DNA of 56,110 bases from Bdellovibrionales bacterium (GCA_023299885.1 JALZUS010000055.1:1-56110), one strand, 5' to 3'; positions 17,481-28,033 are shown, counted from the first letter of the stretch. Notes: generated by a model from the letters alone, not told the origin. Program-made: numbers and translations.

Positions 17481-18803
17481 TTACAGGCCCTTAAGTAGGC
17501 TTGAGGCACATGAGTTAGGGTGCCCAGAATTCATGATACTTGATAAATCTATAGCCGACTCAATATCTGCATACACATCAACCTGATAAGAGTCTTGCAT
17601 CTCTTTAAGCTGGCTCCATAAAACAGACTCTTTATACCTAATGAGCGAAATATACTTTTCTGGAAATAGAGGACTTCTTTCAAGAAGCTCTATAATGTAG
17701 CTTTGTGAATCAGCCTCTCCAATAAAATTTAGCGCTTTATCAAAATACTTTTCTGCAGCTACTCTGTTGCCTGACAATGCCAAACTATAGGCATGCCTAT
17801 ATAAGTTTTCAAAAATATGTTCTATAGCATGAGCTACACCGTTTCCCCAGCAGCCCTGAGCCTGACACCCTAAACCTTTATTTTTTTTGTACCATTTTAA
17901 AGATTCTAAGTTAATTTTATAAGCCTGCAGGTAATCTTTTTCCTTTTCTACTATATGGCCTAAGTAGTGATAGGATTCAGCCAATACCCAGGCTTTTATT
18001 TCTGAGCTAGAAAACTCTTTAAAACTTTTAATTTGTATTTCTAAAAACGATTTTAAAGGCACATTTACTGGTATTGCAAATTGGCTACGGACCTTTTCTT
18101 CAAAAGATTTTATTTTACTTAATTTTACCTTCGGCTTAGCTATAAAAACCACTTCTTGCATAGCTTTACTGTTAATTTTTTTTCCAACAAACCTATTAAG
18201 CAATTGGTCCATTTCATCTATGTCTTTATAGTTTAGTAAAGATAAATACCTTTTTGAAAAACGAGGGCTTATCATAAGGTGATCGATATAAGCTGTTATC
18301 TGACTATTTTTAGTAAAGCTAAGCGCCTTATCAAAAAACATTTCAGCAAGAGTTACTTCCCCTGACAGCATCAACGTATAGGCATGGTCAAAAAGGTTCA
18401 TAAACATATGCTCTAAAACATGCTCAATCCCATCATCCCAACTGCTCTTTAGCTTTATTCCTGACTTTTTATTAAGGATAAACCAATACATAGACTCTTC
18501 ATGAATTGCATACGCAGCAAGATAGTCTTTGTTTTTTTCTGCCAAGTGAGCAGCTCTATGCAGGTAATCACCCAGCTGACCAATTTTCTCAGGAGTATCT
18601 TCAAGCCCTCTCAAATACTTTATAGAGTTATCTATATGCTCTTTAAGATTAATTGATTTATCGAGACCTAAACTAGCCTTTACTTTTTTCTCATAAGTGG
18701 CAGCCTCTTGCTCAGTAAGCAAAATGGCTTGCCCAGAAATTGAAAGCAACAACAGAAGCGTTGCCAGCAATATCTTAGCTCTAAATAAATTTAAAGTTCT
18801 CAC
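17481..18803 (-). CDS. Hypothetical secreted helical-repeat protein made of two tandem ~190-aa paralogous halves
   Basis: Signal peptide with a GTG start. The two halves align by eye (HLAEKNKDYLAAYAIHEESMYWF...FFDKALSF versus HIVEKEKDYLQAYKINLESLKWY...YFDKALNF). Confidence 0.65.
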   Translation of the reverse strand: MRTLNLFRAKILLATLLLLLSISGQAILLTEQEAATYEKKVKASLGLDKSINLKEHIDNSIKYLRGLEDTPEKIGQLGDYLHRAAHLAEKNKDYLAAYAIHEESMYWFILNKKSGIKLKSSWDDGIEHVLEHMFMNLFDHAYTLMLSGEVTLAEMFFDKALSFTKNSQITAYIDHLMISPRFSKRYLSLLNYKDIDEMDQLLNRFVGKKINSKAMQEVVFIAKPKVKLSKIKSFEEKVRSQFAIPVNVPLKSFLEIQIKSFKEFSSSEIKAWVLAESYHYLGHIVEKEKDYLQAYKINLESLKWYKKNKGLGCQAQGCWGNGVAHAIEHIFENLYRHAYSLALSGNRVAAEKYFDKALNFIGEADSQSYIIELLERSPLFPEKYISLIRYKESVLWSQLKEMQDSYQVDVYADIESAIDLSSIMNSGHPNSCASSLLKGL

Positions 18804-18910
18804 CCTATAGTAAGATGCATAAAGAATGCCACTTTAAATGGCTTTACTTTTGATTTGAGAAAGACTTAGCTGTCTATATTTTAGCCTGTAAACAAATATA
18901 AAAAAATTAC

Positions 18911-19141
18911 CTAAATCTCTTTAACAAGGTCGAGTACAGCATGTCTGGTGTTTTCAATATCACCATCAGAAGTATAAATAGCTCTTTTTTTCATTTTTGA
19001 AATAACAGCATGAGAGCTTTGCCCTAATGATTCTTCAAGAGTGGCTATATATAAGCTAAGTTTGCGCTTGAAATCTCCGTAGTCTACTTCGTACACACTT
19101 TCTACTTTTTCTATAAATTCGCCTACAGCTGCTTCTTTCAT
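18911..19141 (-). CDS. Small hypothetical protein (76 aa)
   Basis: ATG at 19141 is preceded by a GAGGTG Shine-Dalgarno sequence. The ORF-track start at 19165 is GTG. Confidence 0.4.
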   Translation of the reverse strand: MKEAAVGEFIEKVESVYEVDYGDFKRKLSLYIATLEESLGQSSHAVISKMKKRAIYTSDGDIENTRHAVLDLVKEI

Positions 19142-19224
19142 ATCTACACCTCTATTAGATAACACTATAACTCCACTTTTTTGGTTGCGCTAGCCACTAG
19201 TTATTAATTTTGCTCTAATAAGCT

Positions 19225-19818
19225 ATGGATCACTTAATTACCAATTATTTAACAATAGATCAGCCCCATAAAATCTTATCACAATGGATTTCAGAAGCTG
19301 AATGCCGCGACCCAAATGCTATGATTATAGCTACAAATAATAACAGCAAAATATCTACTCGTACTGTCCTGGCAAAATCTATTAGCCATGAAGGTGTAAA
19401 GTTTTACACCAACTATAATAGCGCTAAGGCGCAAGGCTTAATAAAGACTGGAAGTATTTCTGCTACTTTTTTTTGGCATAACTTACATAGACAAGTTCAT
19501 ATTAGAGGAACTGCCGTTAAAACCTCTAGAGAAGACTCTGTTAGCTATTGGAACTCTAGAAGCCCTGCCAGCCAATTAAGCCAGTATATATCAAGGCAGT
19601 CACAAAAATGCCCTTCAAAAGAGCATTTACAGACACTATACAAAGAAGCTCAAGAGACATTTAAAGACCAACCTGTACCCTGCCCAGAGCACTGGGGCGG
19701 TTTTTTAATAAAAGCTGAGGCCTGGGAGCTTTGGATGGGCCAAGATCATCGCCTACATGATCGTTTTTTATACACAATGGACAACGGTAAATACATAGGC
19801 TCAAGGCTGTACCCATAG
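19225..19818 (+). CDS. pdxH: Pyridoxamine 5'-phosphate oxidase
   Basis: RTVLAK, YTNYNSAKA, WNSR, HWGGF and RLHDRFLY...RLYP form the C-terminal signature of PdxH. Confidence 0.9.
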   Translation: MDHLITNYLTIDQPHKILSQWISEAECRDPNAMIIATNNNSKISTRTVLAKSISHEGVKFYTNYNSAKAQGLIKTGSISATFFWHNLHRQVHIRGTAVKTSREDSVSYWNSRSPASQLSQYISRQSQKCPSKEHLQTLYKEAQETFKDQPVPCPEHWGGFLIKAEAWELWMGQDHRLHDRFLYTMDNGKYIGSRLYP

Positions 19819-19845
19819 CAAGGGCTATGCTAGCCTAATTATCTT

Positions 19846-21411
19846 ATGTGGATATGGTATTCAGGATTTTTTCTATTTGGGCTTATGGTCCCCGTTATAC
19901 TTAAATGGCTTAACCAGTTAAGCATTCGTCATGCTGCAAAAATTTATGCTGGCGATATCATTGAAGAGGCTAAATATAAAGCCAACGATATTAAAACAGC
20001 ATCTCAATTAAGAATAGAAAATATTAAAGAAGACTCCTCTGAAAACTCTGATTCATTAGCTCAACTTTCGCAGCCTAAAGTGAGTGGACTTAAAAACTCT
20101 ATTGGTAAGTACAAAAACACAATATCCAATATAAACAAAAAAAATAAAAAGAAACTTTCAAAACTTAAAGAAGAATGGACCCAGTACAACCAATCGGTTC
20201 AAAGTAAAAAACAAAACTTAAAAAATAAGCAACAAAAAATTAAAGAACTTGAAAAATCTTATGCTGAAAAAATTCTTTCTCATCACAAAATAGAAAAAGA
20301 GCAAATCACTAGCAGTGTTAAAACTAAGCTTATAAGGCAAACTGAAGCTGATGCTAAACTTAACCAAGAAGCTATCGAGCAAAACTCACTTCATAATGCT
20401 GAGCGTGATGCTAAAAACTTTATTTGCAGAGCTTTAAGCCGCTTTCAACGACCTTTTTGTCCAGAAAGAAACTTAGGCTATTTTATTTTTAAAAATGAAA
20501 AGCAAAAAAAGACTTTGCTAGGCCCAGAGAACGCAAACCTTCCTATCATAGAAGAAGTATGCGGTATCGACATTATTTACAAAGAGGCTAATGGCACATT
20601 GTCTTTTTCTGGCTTTGACCCTGTAAGACGTGAGCTTGGCAGGCGTACTGTACAAAAGCTTTCAAAAGATAGATCTGTCGACAGAAAACGTATCGAACAA
20701 ATAGCGACTCGCTGTAAAAAAGATTTACTTGAAAATATTAAGCGTGATGGCAACAAAATAGCTAAAGAACTTAAATTGAATAAAGTCTCTAAAGAGGTCC
20801 GCAACATGATGGGCGCCTTAAGATACAGATACTCCTACACACAAAACCAATACTACCATTGTGCTGAAGTGGGACATATGTGTGGCCTACTCTCTAGCGA
20901 ACTAGGCATAGAGCCTCAAAAAGGCCGCCGAGCTGGATTGTTTCATGATATTGGTAAAGCAATGGATCACAGTGTTGATGGTGGCCATGCTGTTATTGGT
21001 GCTGACTTTATAGAAAAAAATGGCGAAGAAAAAGATGTAGTTCATGCCGTAAGAGCCCATCACTTTGATGAAACACCATCAACAGACCTTGCTTACCTAG
21101 TAATTGCGGCTGATGCCTTATCAGGAGCACGACCTGGGGCAAGGCGTTCTACAACAACTAGCTACAACCAAAAGGTTGATCAAATACAAAGTATCGTAGA
21201 AAGCTATGATGGCGTTACTGACGCTATTATTTTAAGCTCTGGCCGCGAAGTTAGAGTTCGCGTTGACGCTAAAAGAGTTTCAGACAGAAAAGCTCTAGAG
21301 CTTAGTAAGCAAATGACCACACGCATAGAAGAAGAGTGCAACTACCCTGGCTCAATCAAGCTTACCGTTATGAGGCGCTCACAAGCTAGCTATGTTGCTA
21401 AACGCGGATAA
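19846..21411 (+). CDS. rny: Ribonuclease Y
   Basis: An N-terminal TM helix is followed by a Lys-rich coiled coil, a KH region and an HD domain (GLFHDIGKA, HAVRAHH). The length is 521 aa. Confidence 0.9.
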   Translation: MWIWYSGFFLFGLMVPVILKWLNQLSIRHAAKIYAGDIIEEAKYKANDIKTASQLRIENIKEDSSENSDSLAQLSQPKVSGLKNSIGKYKNTISNINKKNKKKLSKLKEEWTQYNQSVQSKKQNLKNKQQKIKELEKSYAEKILSHHKIEKEQITSSVKTKLIRQTEADAKLNQEAIEQNSLHNAERDAKNFICRALSRFQRPFCPERNLGYFIFKNEKQKKTLLGPENANLPIIEEVCGIDIIYKEANGTLSFSGFDPVRRELGRRTVQKLSKDRSVDRKRIEQIATRCKKDLLENIKRDGNKIAKELKLNKVSKEVRNMMGALRYRYSYTQNQYYHCAEVGHMCGLLSSELGIEPQKGRRAGLFHDIGKAMDHSVDGGHAVIGADFIEKNGEEKDVVHAVRAHHFDETPSTDLAYLVIAADALSGARPGARRSTTTSYNQKVDQIQSIVESYDGVTDAIILSSGREVRVRVDAKRVSDRKALELSKQMTTRIEEECNYPGSIKLTVMRRSQASYVAKRG

Positions 21412-21449
21412 ATAACAAAACTAAACAAACAAAAAAAGGACACTTAGCA

Positions 21450-22712
21450 ATGAAAAAAGTAGCTATTATTGGTGGACGCAGGATTCCATTTTCTAGATCG
21501 ATGACAAAGTATATGGGAGTAAAAAACTACGACCTACTTTTAGCCCCTATTAAAGCTTTAGTTGATGATTACAATCTTAAAGGAAAAGAGCTTGGCGAAG
21601 TCGCTACAGGCGCAGTTATGAAACACCCTACAGAGTGGAACTTAGCTAGAGAAGTAACTATGGGAAGCGGGCTTTCACCAAAAACTCCTGCGTATGATTT
21701 ACAGCAGGCCTGTGGCACAAGTTTAGAAGCCGCCATTCTTATTGCAAACAAAATTGCGTTGGGACAAATTGAATGCGGCATAGCTGGTGGAGTTGATACT
21801 AATAGTGACCTTCCTGTTACCTTCTCAAAGGGCTTTAGAAAAATATTATTTAGCAGCTACACAGCAAGAAAAAAATCAGACAAAATTAAGCCCTGGTTTT
21901 CTTTAAGACCTAAGCACTTTAAGCCACAGCTACCAACAGTAAAAGAGCCACGCACAAAAATGAGCATGGGCGAAAGCTGTGAGGTAATGGCTAAAAATTG
22001 GAATATACCACAAGACCAGCAAGATAAACTGGCCCTTACTAGCCATAAAAATGCAGAAGCGGCTTGGGCTGATGGGTTTTACAAAGATATTGTTGTGCCT
22101 TTTAATGGAGTAGAAAAAGACCAAAATATTAGAGCTAACTCTACACTAGAAAAAATGGCTAAACTAAGACCTGCTTTTGACAAAAAAAATGGGACTCTCA
22201 CTGCAGCTAATAGCTCGCCTCTAACTGATGGCGCCTCTTGCGTTTTATTAGGTAGCGAAGAATGGGCAAAGGCAAACAACTTACCTGTCCTTGCCTATCT
22301 TACTTTTGGGCAAACTGCGGCAGTTGATTATGTCAATGATGAAGGCCTGCTTATGGCCCCAGCTTATGCTGTACCCAAACTTTTAAAGCAAGCGAACCTC
22401 ACCTTACAAGACTTTGATTTTTATGAAATTCATGAAGCCTTTGCAGCTCAAGTTTTATGTACTTTAAGATCTTGGGAGTCAGAAGACTTTTGCAAAAATA
22501 AGTTGGGGCTAGACAAAGCTTTAGGCAGTATCGATCAAAGCAAAATGAATATTAAGGGTGGAAGCATAGCTATCGGTCACCCATTTGCTGCAACAGGATC
22601 AAGAATAGTAACAAGCCTTGCTAAAATGATTAATGAAAAAGGCAGCGGCCGCGGACTTATCAGCATATGCACAGCTGGCGGCATGGGCGTAACTGCTATT
22701 ATCGAAAAATAG
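21450..22712 (+). CDS. Acetyl-CoA C-acyltransferase (thiolase, FadI/FadA-like)
   Basis: Active-site Cys context QQACGTSLEAA, plus GHPFAATGSRIV and CTAGGMG near the C-terminus. Confidence 0.9.
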   Translation: MKKVAIIGGRRIPFSRSMTKYMGVKNYDLLLAPIKALVDDYNLKGKELGEVATGAVMKHPTEWNLAREVTMGSGLSPKTPAYDLQQACGTSLEAAILIANKIALGQIECGIAGGVDTNSDLPVTFSKGFRKILFSSYTARKKSDKIKPWFSLRPKHFKPQLPTVKEPRTKMSMGESCEVMAKNWNIPQDQQDKLALTSHKNAEAAWADGFYKDIVVPFNGVEKDQNIRANSTLEKMAKLRPAFDKKNGTLTAANSSPLTDGASCVLLGSEEWAKANNLPVLAYLTFGQTAAVDYVNDEGLLMAPAYAVPKLLKQANLTLQDFDFYEIHEAFAAQVLCTLRSWESEDFCKNKLGLDKALGSIDQSKMNIKGGSIAIGHPFAATGSRIVTSLAKMINEKGSGRGLISICTAGGMGVTAIIEK

Positions 22713-22730
22713 CCTCTAAATTTTAAGGCA

Positions 22731-22768
22731 TAAAAAAAAGGAAGCTCATAACGAGCTTCCTTTTTTTA
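22731..22768. terminator. Bidirectional rho-independent terminator
   Basis: An A-run precedes stem GGAAGCTC (22740-22747), loop ATAAC and stem GAGCTTCC (22753-22760), followed by a T-run. It lies between convergent genes. Confidence 0.7.
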
Positions 22769-22785
22769 TGCTTTTTAAATAACAA

Positions 22786-23250
22786 CTATCTACAAGACGT
22801 ATTGTTACCTTCTTTATAAGTAGCATTGAATTGAGCTGTTATGTTTTGCTTAACATCATAAAAGCGAATCTCATAAGCTTTTACATCATCCAGACAAGAG
22901 TTATTAGCTAAGCTAGAAGCCCCTTTTAAATATTCACCTGAAATTTTAGAAATATTTTGACCAATATCAGAACCCGCAACTTCAAAACCTTCTTCACTTG
23001 TTTTTAAGCTTTTTTTAATTTTTAGATTAGCAAGCTTATCACCCTGAGAAAGCTCAACGTTTAAACTGTCTGCGCCCATAGGCTCAGTTACATTTATGTT
23101 CATTAAACCTTCTGTAAATTTAACAGACTGACCCGCTTCGTTGACTAAATCTAAAGTAGATCCCTCTGTAATACTTAATTGCCCCTCATGGTTAACACCA
23201 CAAGCCGATAGCATTAATCCTAAACCTAAAATTACAATAATTTTTTTCAT
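22786..23250 (-). CDS. Hypothetical lipoprotein (154 aa)
   Basis: Lipobox in MKKIIVILGLGLMLSACG. Confidence 0.6.
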   Translation of the reverse strand: MKKIIVILGLGLMLSACGVNHEGQLSITEGSTLDLVNEAGQSVKFTEGLMNINVTEPMGADSLNVELSQGDKLANLKIKKSLKTSEEGFEVAGSDIGQNISKISGEYLKGASSLANNSCLDDVKAYEIRFYDVKQNITAQFNATYKEGNNTSCR

Positions 23251-23264
23251 TCTTTTCCCCTTTA

Positions 23265-23876
23265 TTAAATTTTTAATTTTACTTTTATTGTGTAGTCTTT
23301 TTTTAACTTTAGCTTAGCCTTATACTTTACAATCTTATACTTTTTTGTTTTTGAATCCATTTTTTTAAGATCACGAGTTAAAGTAACTAAGCCAGACTCT
23401 AAGTCCTTAACCGCTGTGACTTTATCATATTCATTTCTGAAATCATCATGAATACTGTAAAAAAACTTATCTTTACGCACCCCTAACGAAACGACTTTTC
23501 TTTTACCCGTGCCTCTTTGTACATAACTGCTTAAACCTTGGCCGAAACAGTCTATAAAGCCCAACTGCTCTCTTCTTTGCTCTGAAAAACATATATCAAA
23601 TTCTGTTTTGTAATGGTCTTTTTTAAGACCATTAATAAAGCTGATACCCATTCCTTTAACTTGAGGCATCAGCTGCCCATCCTCAAAAAAACTCTTACTG
23701 CAATCTGTACAGCTAACAACCTCATAATAACCTGACCAAGACTCTAAGGCCTTTTCAGTGACAATCACAAATGGCCTTAGCTCGCTACTGCTAGTGTCAT
23801 AGACATCTAGCTCAGCTTTTGCAGAAAGGCTTAATAATAGTAAGGCTGGCAATAATAACAATAAGTACTTAAACAT
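23265..23876 (-). CDS. Hypothetical secreted protein
   Basis: ATG 23876 gives the signal peptide MFKYLLLLLPALLLLSLSAKA. The ORF extends 12 codons further upstream. The C-terminus is Lys-rich. Confidence 0.55.
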   Translation of the reverse strand: MFKYLLLLLPALLLLSLSAKAELDVYDTSSSELRPFVIVTEKALESWSGYYEVVSCTDCSKSFFEDGQLMPQVKGMGISFINGLKKDHYKTEFDICFSEQRREQLGFIDCFGQGLSSYVQRGTGKRKVVSLGVRKDKFFYSIHDDFRNEYDKVTAVKDLESGLVTLTRDLKKMDSKTKKYKIVKYKAKLKLKKDYTIKVKLKI

Positions 23877-24047
23877 AATCTCTTTTATATAGAGGCCTAA
23901 GCGACTAATCACCTAAACTGCTTAAATTATAGCTTTTGTTCTTTTTACATAAAAATTAGCATAGTCTTTGAGCTCTGAATTGCAATTTATGCAGCAAAGG
24001 TTAAGCCGCCATTTGCCACCTTATATATGAGATGGCAGGTTTATCTT

Positions 24048-24989
24048 ATGAAACTTTACCCAGAAATTAAGCCTTACTTTACAGAAAAAATTAAAGTCTC
24101 AAGCCTACATACTATTTATGTAGAGCAAGTCGGAAACCCCGAAGGACAGCCTGTTTTATTTTTACATGGAGGACCTGGAGGCGGTCTTCAAGATGATTAT
24201 CGTCGTTTTTTTGATCCCAAACACTACAGAATAATACTGCTAGACCAACGTGGCTGCGGCCAAAGCACTCCTTTTGCAGAGATCAAAGAAAACACAACAC
24301 CTGAGCTTATTAATGATTTAGAGCTTATTAGAAAAAGATACGACATCAAGCAGTGGATTGTATTTGGTGGCAGCTGGGGAAGCACATTAGCGCTCTGTTA
24401 CGGAATTGCTCACCCTGAGGCCATTAAAACATTTGTTTTACGTGGGCTCTTTTTCTGTAGGCCAAAAGAAATTAAATGGTTTTACCAAGAAGGCTCAGGA
24501 AAAGTATTTCCTGAAGCTTGGCAAAAATATGTAAATGCCATTCCAGAAAATGAACGTGATGATTTTGTTAAGGCTTACTATAAACGCCTCACAAGCCACA
24601 ATAAGCAGGAGCAACTCGAAGCCTCTTGGGCTTGGAGCTACTGGGAAGACTCTACATCAACGATTAAAAGAAAAAACAAGCTGACCGACACAGAAAAAGA
24701 CAAGGAGTTTGCCTTAGCTTTTGCTCGTATTGAGTGCCACTATTTTATTAATAATATCTTTTATGAATCTGAAAACTATATCCTAGAAAATATAGAAAAA
24801 GTTGAACATATACCCGCTTATTTATTTCATGGCCGCTATGACATGGTTTGCCCTGTTGAAAATGCATTTGAGATACATGCCCTTTGGCCAAACTCTCAAC
24901 TAAAAATTCTTGAAGCCTCTGGCCATTCGCTGTTTGAGCCTGAAATCACTGAACATGCCGTTAGTGTAATGGAAGAGCTTAAGGCCTAA
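24048..24989 (+). CDS. pip: Prolyl aminopeptidase (proline iminopeptidase, alpha/beta hydrolase)
   Basis: MKLYPEIKPY opening, oxyanion motif LHGGPGGG, nucleophile elbow GGSWGSTLAL and HGRYDMVCP. Confidence 0.9.
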   Translation: MKLYPEIKPYFTEKIKVSSLHTIYVEQVGNPEGQPVLFLHGGPGGGLQDDYRRFFDPKHYRIILLDQRGCGQSTPFAEIKENTTPELINDLELIRKRYDIKQWIVFGGSWGSTLALCYGIAHPEAIKTFVLRGLFFCRPKEIKWFYQEGSGKVFPEAWQKYVNAIPENERDDFVKAYYKRLTSHNKQEQLEASWAWSYWEDSTSTIKRKNKLTDTEKDKEFALAFARIECHYFINNIFYESENYILENIEKVEHIPAYLFHGRYDMVCPVENAFEIHALWPNSQLKILEASGHSLFEPEITEHAVSVMEELKA

Positions 24990-25746
24990 ATTCTGGGTTA
25001 ATATGAGAAAAAGAACGCGCTACGTCTCCATAATAAAGGTTTGTAGCAAGCTCTAAGTGGATAAGCATTAAGTTTAATGAATTCACAATAGACTTAGCGT
25101 TACTGTCAATCCTACTTTTCAAAGTTAAGCTTTTAGACTCTTCTTGTAGAGTTTTTATTTTTTCATCTAAATGAATAACTATTTTTAAACTAGAATGAAT
25201 AATATCAAAACTTTCAGAAAAACGGATAGCCTTGTTATACACTTTGGACTCAAGCTCTGCCGGCAAATAACCTTCAGCCATAAATGCTGTTAAAATTTCA
25301 GACTTCTCTATACTTCCTTTTTTACTAAAAATAGTTTTAAAGTGCGCATGCAAAGAGACCGAACTATTTTTACTATTTATTTTAGAAGTATCAATAGACA
25401 TAGCCAGTGATGCCAACAAACTATTAATAGTATTTTCATAGTATGCAGCCTCTTCTAATTTATGTAAGGCTTTAGCAGAAGCTAATTTTTTAGTATTGCT
25501 TTCTATTTCGCTATAAAAAGTATTAAAAAACCCAGACTCTATAGGCAGCTCTTCTATCGCTTCATCTTGTACTTTTTGATAATGAGCCGCTGCCTTTGAT
25601 ACTTCAGCAATTTGGGGCTTTATATGAGATATTTTTGTTACAATATCACTCAAAGCCAACTGGCAAGATGTCGCATGTGCCTTGTCTCCCATAATAGCTG
25701 TAAAAACTATGACAAGAGCCAAAAATTGTAACCTAGGTTTAACCAT
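24979..25746 (-). CDS. Hypothetical secreted helical protein (255 aa)
   Basis: Signal peptide MVKPRLQFLALVIVFTAIMG. The 3' end overlaps the pip 3' end by 11 nt (convergent genes). Confidence 0.55.
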   Translation of the reverse strand: MVKPRLQFLALVIVFTAIMGDKAHATSCQLALSDIVTKISHIKPQIAEVSKAAAHYQKVQDEAIEELPIESGFFNTFYSEIESNTKKLASAKALHKLEEAAYYENTINSLLASLAMSIDTSKINSKNSSVSLHAHFKTIFSKKGSIEKSEILTAFMAEGYLPAELESKVYNKAIRFSESFDIIHSSLKIVIHLDEKIKTLQEESKSLTLKSRIDSNAKSIVNSLNLMLIHLELATNLYYGDVARSFSHINPEFRP

Positions 25747-25867
25747 TTACTTCCTCATATCCAAACTGAAGCCTTTATGTGTACACAGGCCTCATTATAA
25801 TAGATATAAAAGCAACTTAGGGGCCAAGCTTGTATATTTTAACCGACTCACATAGCTTTATAAAACT

Positions 25868-26410
25868 ATGAAGAAATATACTAAAAAAATCTGTCTCATT
25901 GGCCCAGAGGGCGTTGGCAAAACAAGCCTTATACGTCGCTATGTGGACAATAAGTTTGATGACAAGTACATCTCTACCATTGGAGTGAGCCTAAGTAATA
26001 AGCTTATAAAAGTGCCTGATAGTTACGACATCGAGCTTATCCTATGGGACCTGGAAGGCTTTACATCAAAGGGCTTACATTTTCCCACAACTTACCTTAG
26101 CGGCGCTTCTGGCTTTGTATTTACATGTGACATCAACAATGAAGATAGCTTTAGATCAACACAAAAAATATGTTCAGAGCTTTATACAAAATTTGAAGAC
26201 AAAGCTTGTTTCTCAGTAGCTTTAAATAAAACAGACTTATTGCAAGAAGAAGAGTCTCATCAGCTTAAAAAAGCACGAGAAATATTTAAAGACACTCCCC
26301 CTATTGATTTCATACCCACTTCTGCAAAACAAGATAATAAAGTGGGAGAGCTTTTTAGTCATCTTTCTAAATACTTAGTGGATTATGATATCCCCAATTT
26401 TAGATTTTAA
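25868..26410 (+). CDS. Small Ras/Rab-like GTPase lacking the catalytic glutamine
   Basis: G1 GPEGVGKT, switch I STIGV, G3 WDLEGF (Phe where Ras/Rab have Gln), G4 NKTD and G5 TSAK. Confidence 0.85.
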   Translation: MKKYTKKICLIGPEGVGKTSLIRRYVDNKFDDKYISTIGVSLSNKLIKVPDSYDIELILWDLEGFTSKGLHFPTTYLSGASGFVFTCDINNEDSFRSTQKICSELYTKFEDKACFSVALNKTDLLQEEESHQLKKAREIFKDTPPIDFIPTSAKQDNKVGELFSHLSKYLVDYDIPNFRF

Positions 26411-27486
26411 AGAAAGTACTTATAAGCACCAAATAAAATCACTCCAACCACTAGCGTTAAGAGCACATGCTTCTTATTAAGGGCCGGCTTCTCTTTAATT
26501 TCTATATTAGAAATATTTAATGTCTTATTTAGTGATTTTTCTATTTCTTCAGGAACACTACTCGTGTCTCCGTCAAAATTTCCAATAAAAGATTGATGCT
26601 CACTGCTCAATTGAATTAAAAGCTTTCGCATGCTTCCCTTTAATTTTGGACTAAGCTCGCCTTTAACAACTATTGCTGCCATCAAATGGCCCGATGAAAT
26701 AAATGAGATGGTAGAGTCTCCGTAATCTATAGAAGAAAGCTCAGCGTCCTCTTTACCACTTTCAATCCAGTCATTTACGAAATGTGTAATGGCTGAAAAC
26801 ATTCCACCAATCATGCTTTCTTGAGTTTCTTCTGCATGGCTGTCTTCACTGTGAGATGAGGCCACAACAACACCTGTTGCTTTATGTATAAGATAAAAAG
26901 ATTTTATATGACTTTGAATGCTTTCTTGAAATAATATTTCAGACTCACTTAAGCCTGTCATTTTAGATTTTATACGACGGCGCATAATATTAATAGGAAG
27001 AGCGCTTTCTACCTGAGTGTTTATTGTTTCATTAAGCTCTGCAAAAGCACTTTTTATATATTTAGAAATTAAAGTACCAATAATAGGATAGAGTATATCA
27101 ATGATTGTATCTTTTTCTTTCTGTATTTGTGTTTTTAAAGCTTTGCCTACAAAAGGTGAAAGCTGCTCTGTTAGTTTATTTTTTTGGTCTCTGTTTCTTA
27201 CAGAGCTAAATGCATCAGGCAAAACTGTTGATAGTATTTGAGCTAATTCTTCAGGGTTTGATTTTGCCTTTTCTTGCAATGCAGAAACTAAAAATTGATC
27301 AAAAAGCTCAGTTTTAGCCTCTGCAGACATAGATTGATTTATGTCTTTAGTGTTTGCAGAAATACTTTCTTGTAAGCGCGACAAATCATCCTGAAATAAA
27401 ATATTTTTTAAATCAGCAAACTTATCCTTCACTGGAGTGACCTTGGAAATGGCCTCCCCACTCTTACCTAGAATTTCTCTATGCAT
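26407..27486 (-). CDS. Tail-anchored membrane protein with a putative Roadblock/LC7-like (MglB-like) region
   Basis: C-terminal TM helix HVLLTLVVGVILFGAYKYF. Residues ~195-300 (FYLIHKATGVVVASSH...MIGGMFSAITHFVNDW...STISFISSGHLMAAIVVKG) resemble a Roadblock alpha/beta pattern by eye. The stop shares a TTAA overlap with the GTPase stop. Confidence 0.5.
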   Translation of the reverse strand: MHREILGKSGEAISKVTPVKDKFADLKNILFQDDLSRLQESISANTKDINQSMSAEAKTELFDQFLVSALQEKAKSNPEELAQILSTVLPDAFSSVRNRDQKNKLTEQLSPFVGKALKTQIQKEKDTIIDILYPIIGTLISKYIKSAFAELNETINTQVESALPINIMRRRIKSKMTGLSESEILFQESIQSHIKSFYLIHKATGVVVASSHSEDSHAEETQESMIGGMFSAITHFVNDWIESGKEDAELSSIDYGDSTISFISSGHLMAAIVVKGELSPKLKGSMRKLLIQLSSEHQSFIGNFDGDTSSVPEEIEKSLNKTLNISNIEIKEKPALNKKHVLLTLVVGVILFGAYKYFL

Positions 27487-27997
27487 TGGCTTCTTTAGCT
27501 AAAGACTTACGAGATCCAGGCCTTTTAATAGATCCATTATTAAACCTTAAGCTCATTTCAAGAAGTAAATCTGAAAAATCATCTTTTGACATAGAGCTAG
27601 CCTCTAGTTGGCTTATTTTTTCACTCATTGTTGTTTCTATTTTTTCAAACTTTGCTTTAGTTTTTTTATCATAGCTTGCAATTTTATCTTGAACTAGCTT
27701 TTCATTACTATCTACAGCGTTTAAAAGTCTTTCTTTTAAACGGGACAATTGGTTTTGATGCTTCTCTTGAGAGTCTTTTAACTTTTTAGTGAAGGACTCA
27801 TTAAGCCTATCTGTTTTATTTGCTGATTTTATTTTAAGATCTTCTAATGATTTTGCATTAGCTGACATTAAGCCATTGAGTTCTTTAAAAACCTCATCGA
27901 GTTCAGTTTTTATTGAGTCTAATCTAGACTCATAGTTACTCATTTCTTCGCCAAAAATAAGGCCCTTAATTTGATCAATTTTATTAACTTTTGACAT
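27479..27997 (-). CDS. Coiled-coil protein (172 aa)
   Basis: Heptad-rich, Lys/Glu-rich sequence. The 3' end overlaps the downstream gene's start by 8 nt. Confidence 0.6.
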   Translation of the reverse strand: MSKVNKIDQIKGLIFGEEMSNYESRLDSIKTELDEVFKELNGLMSANAKSLEDLKIKSANKTDRLNESFTKKLKDSQEKHQNQLSRLKERLLNAVDSNEKLVQDKIASYDKKTKAKFEKIETTMSEKISQLEASSMSKDDFSDLLLEMSLRFNNGSIKRPGSRKSLAKEANA

Positions 27998-28033
27998 ATT
28001 TTTATATACCTTTGAAATTAAATAATTATGCTA

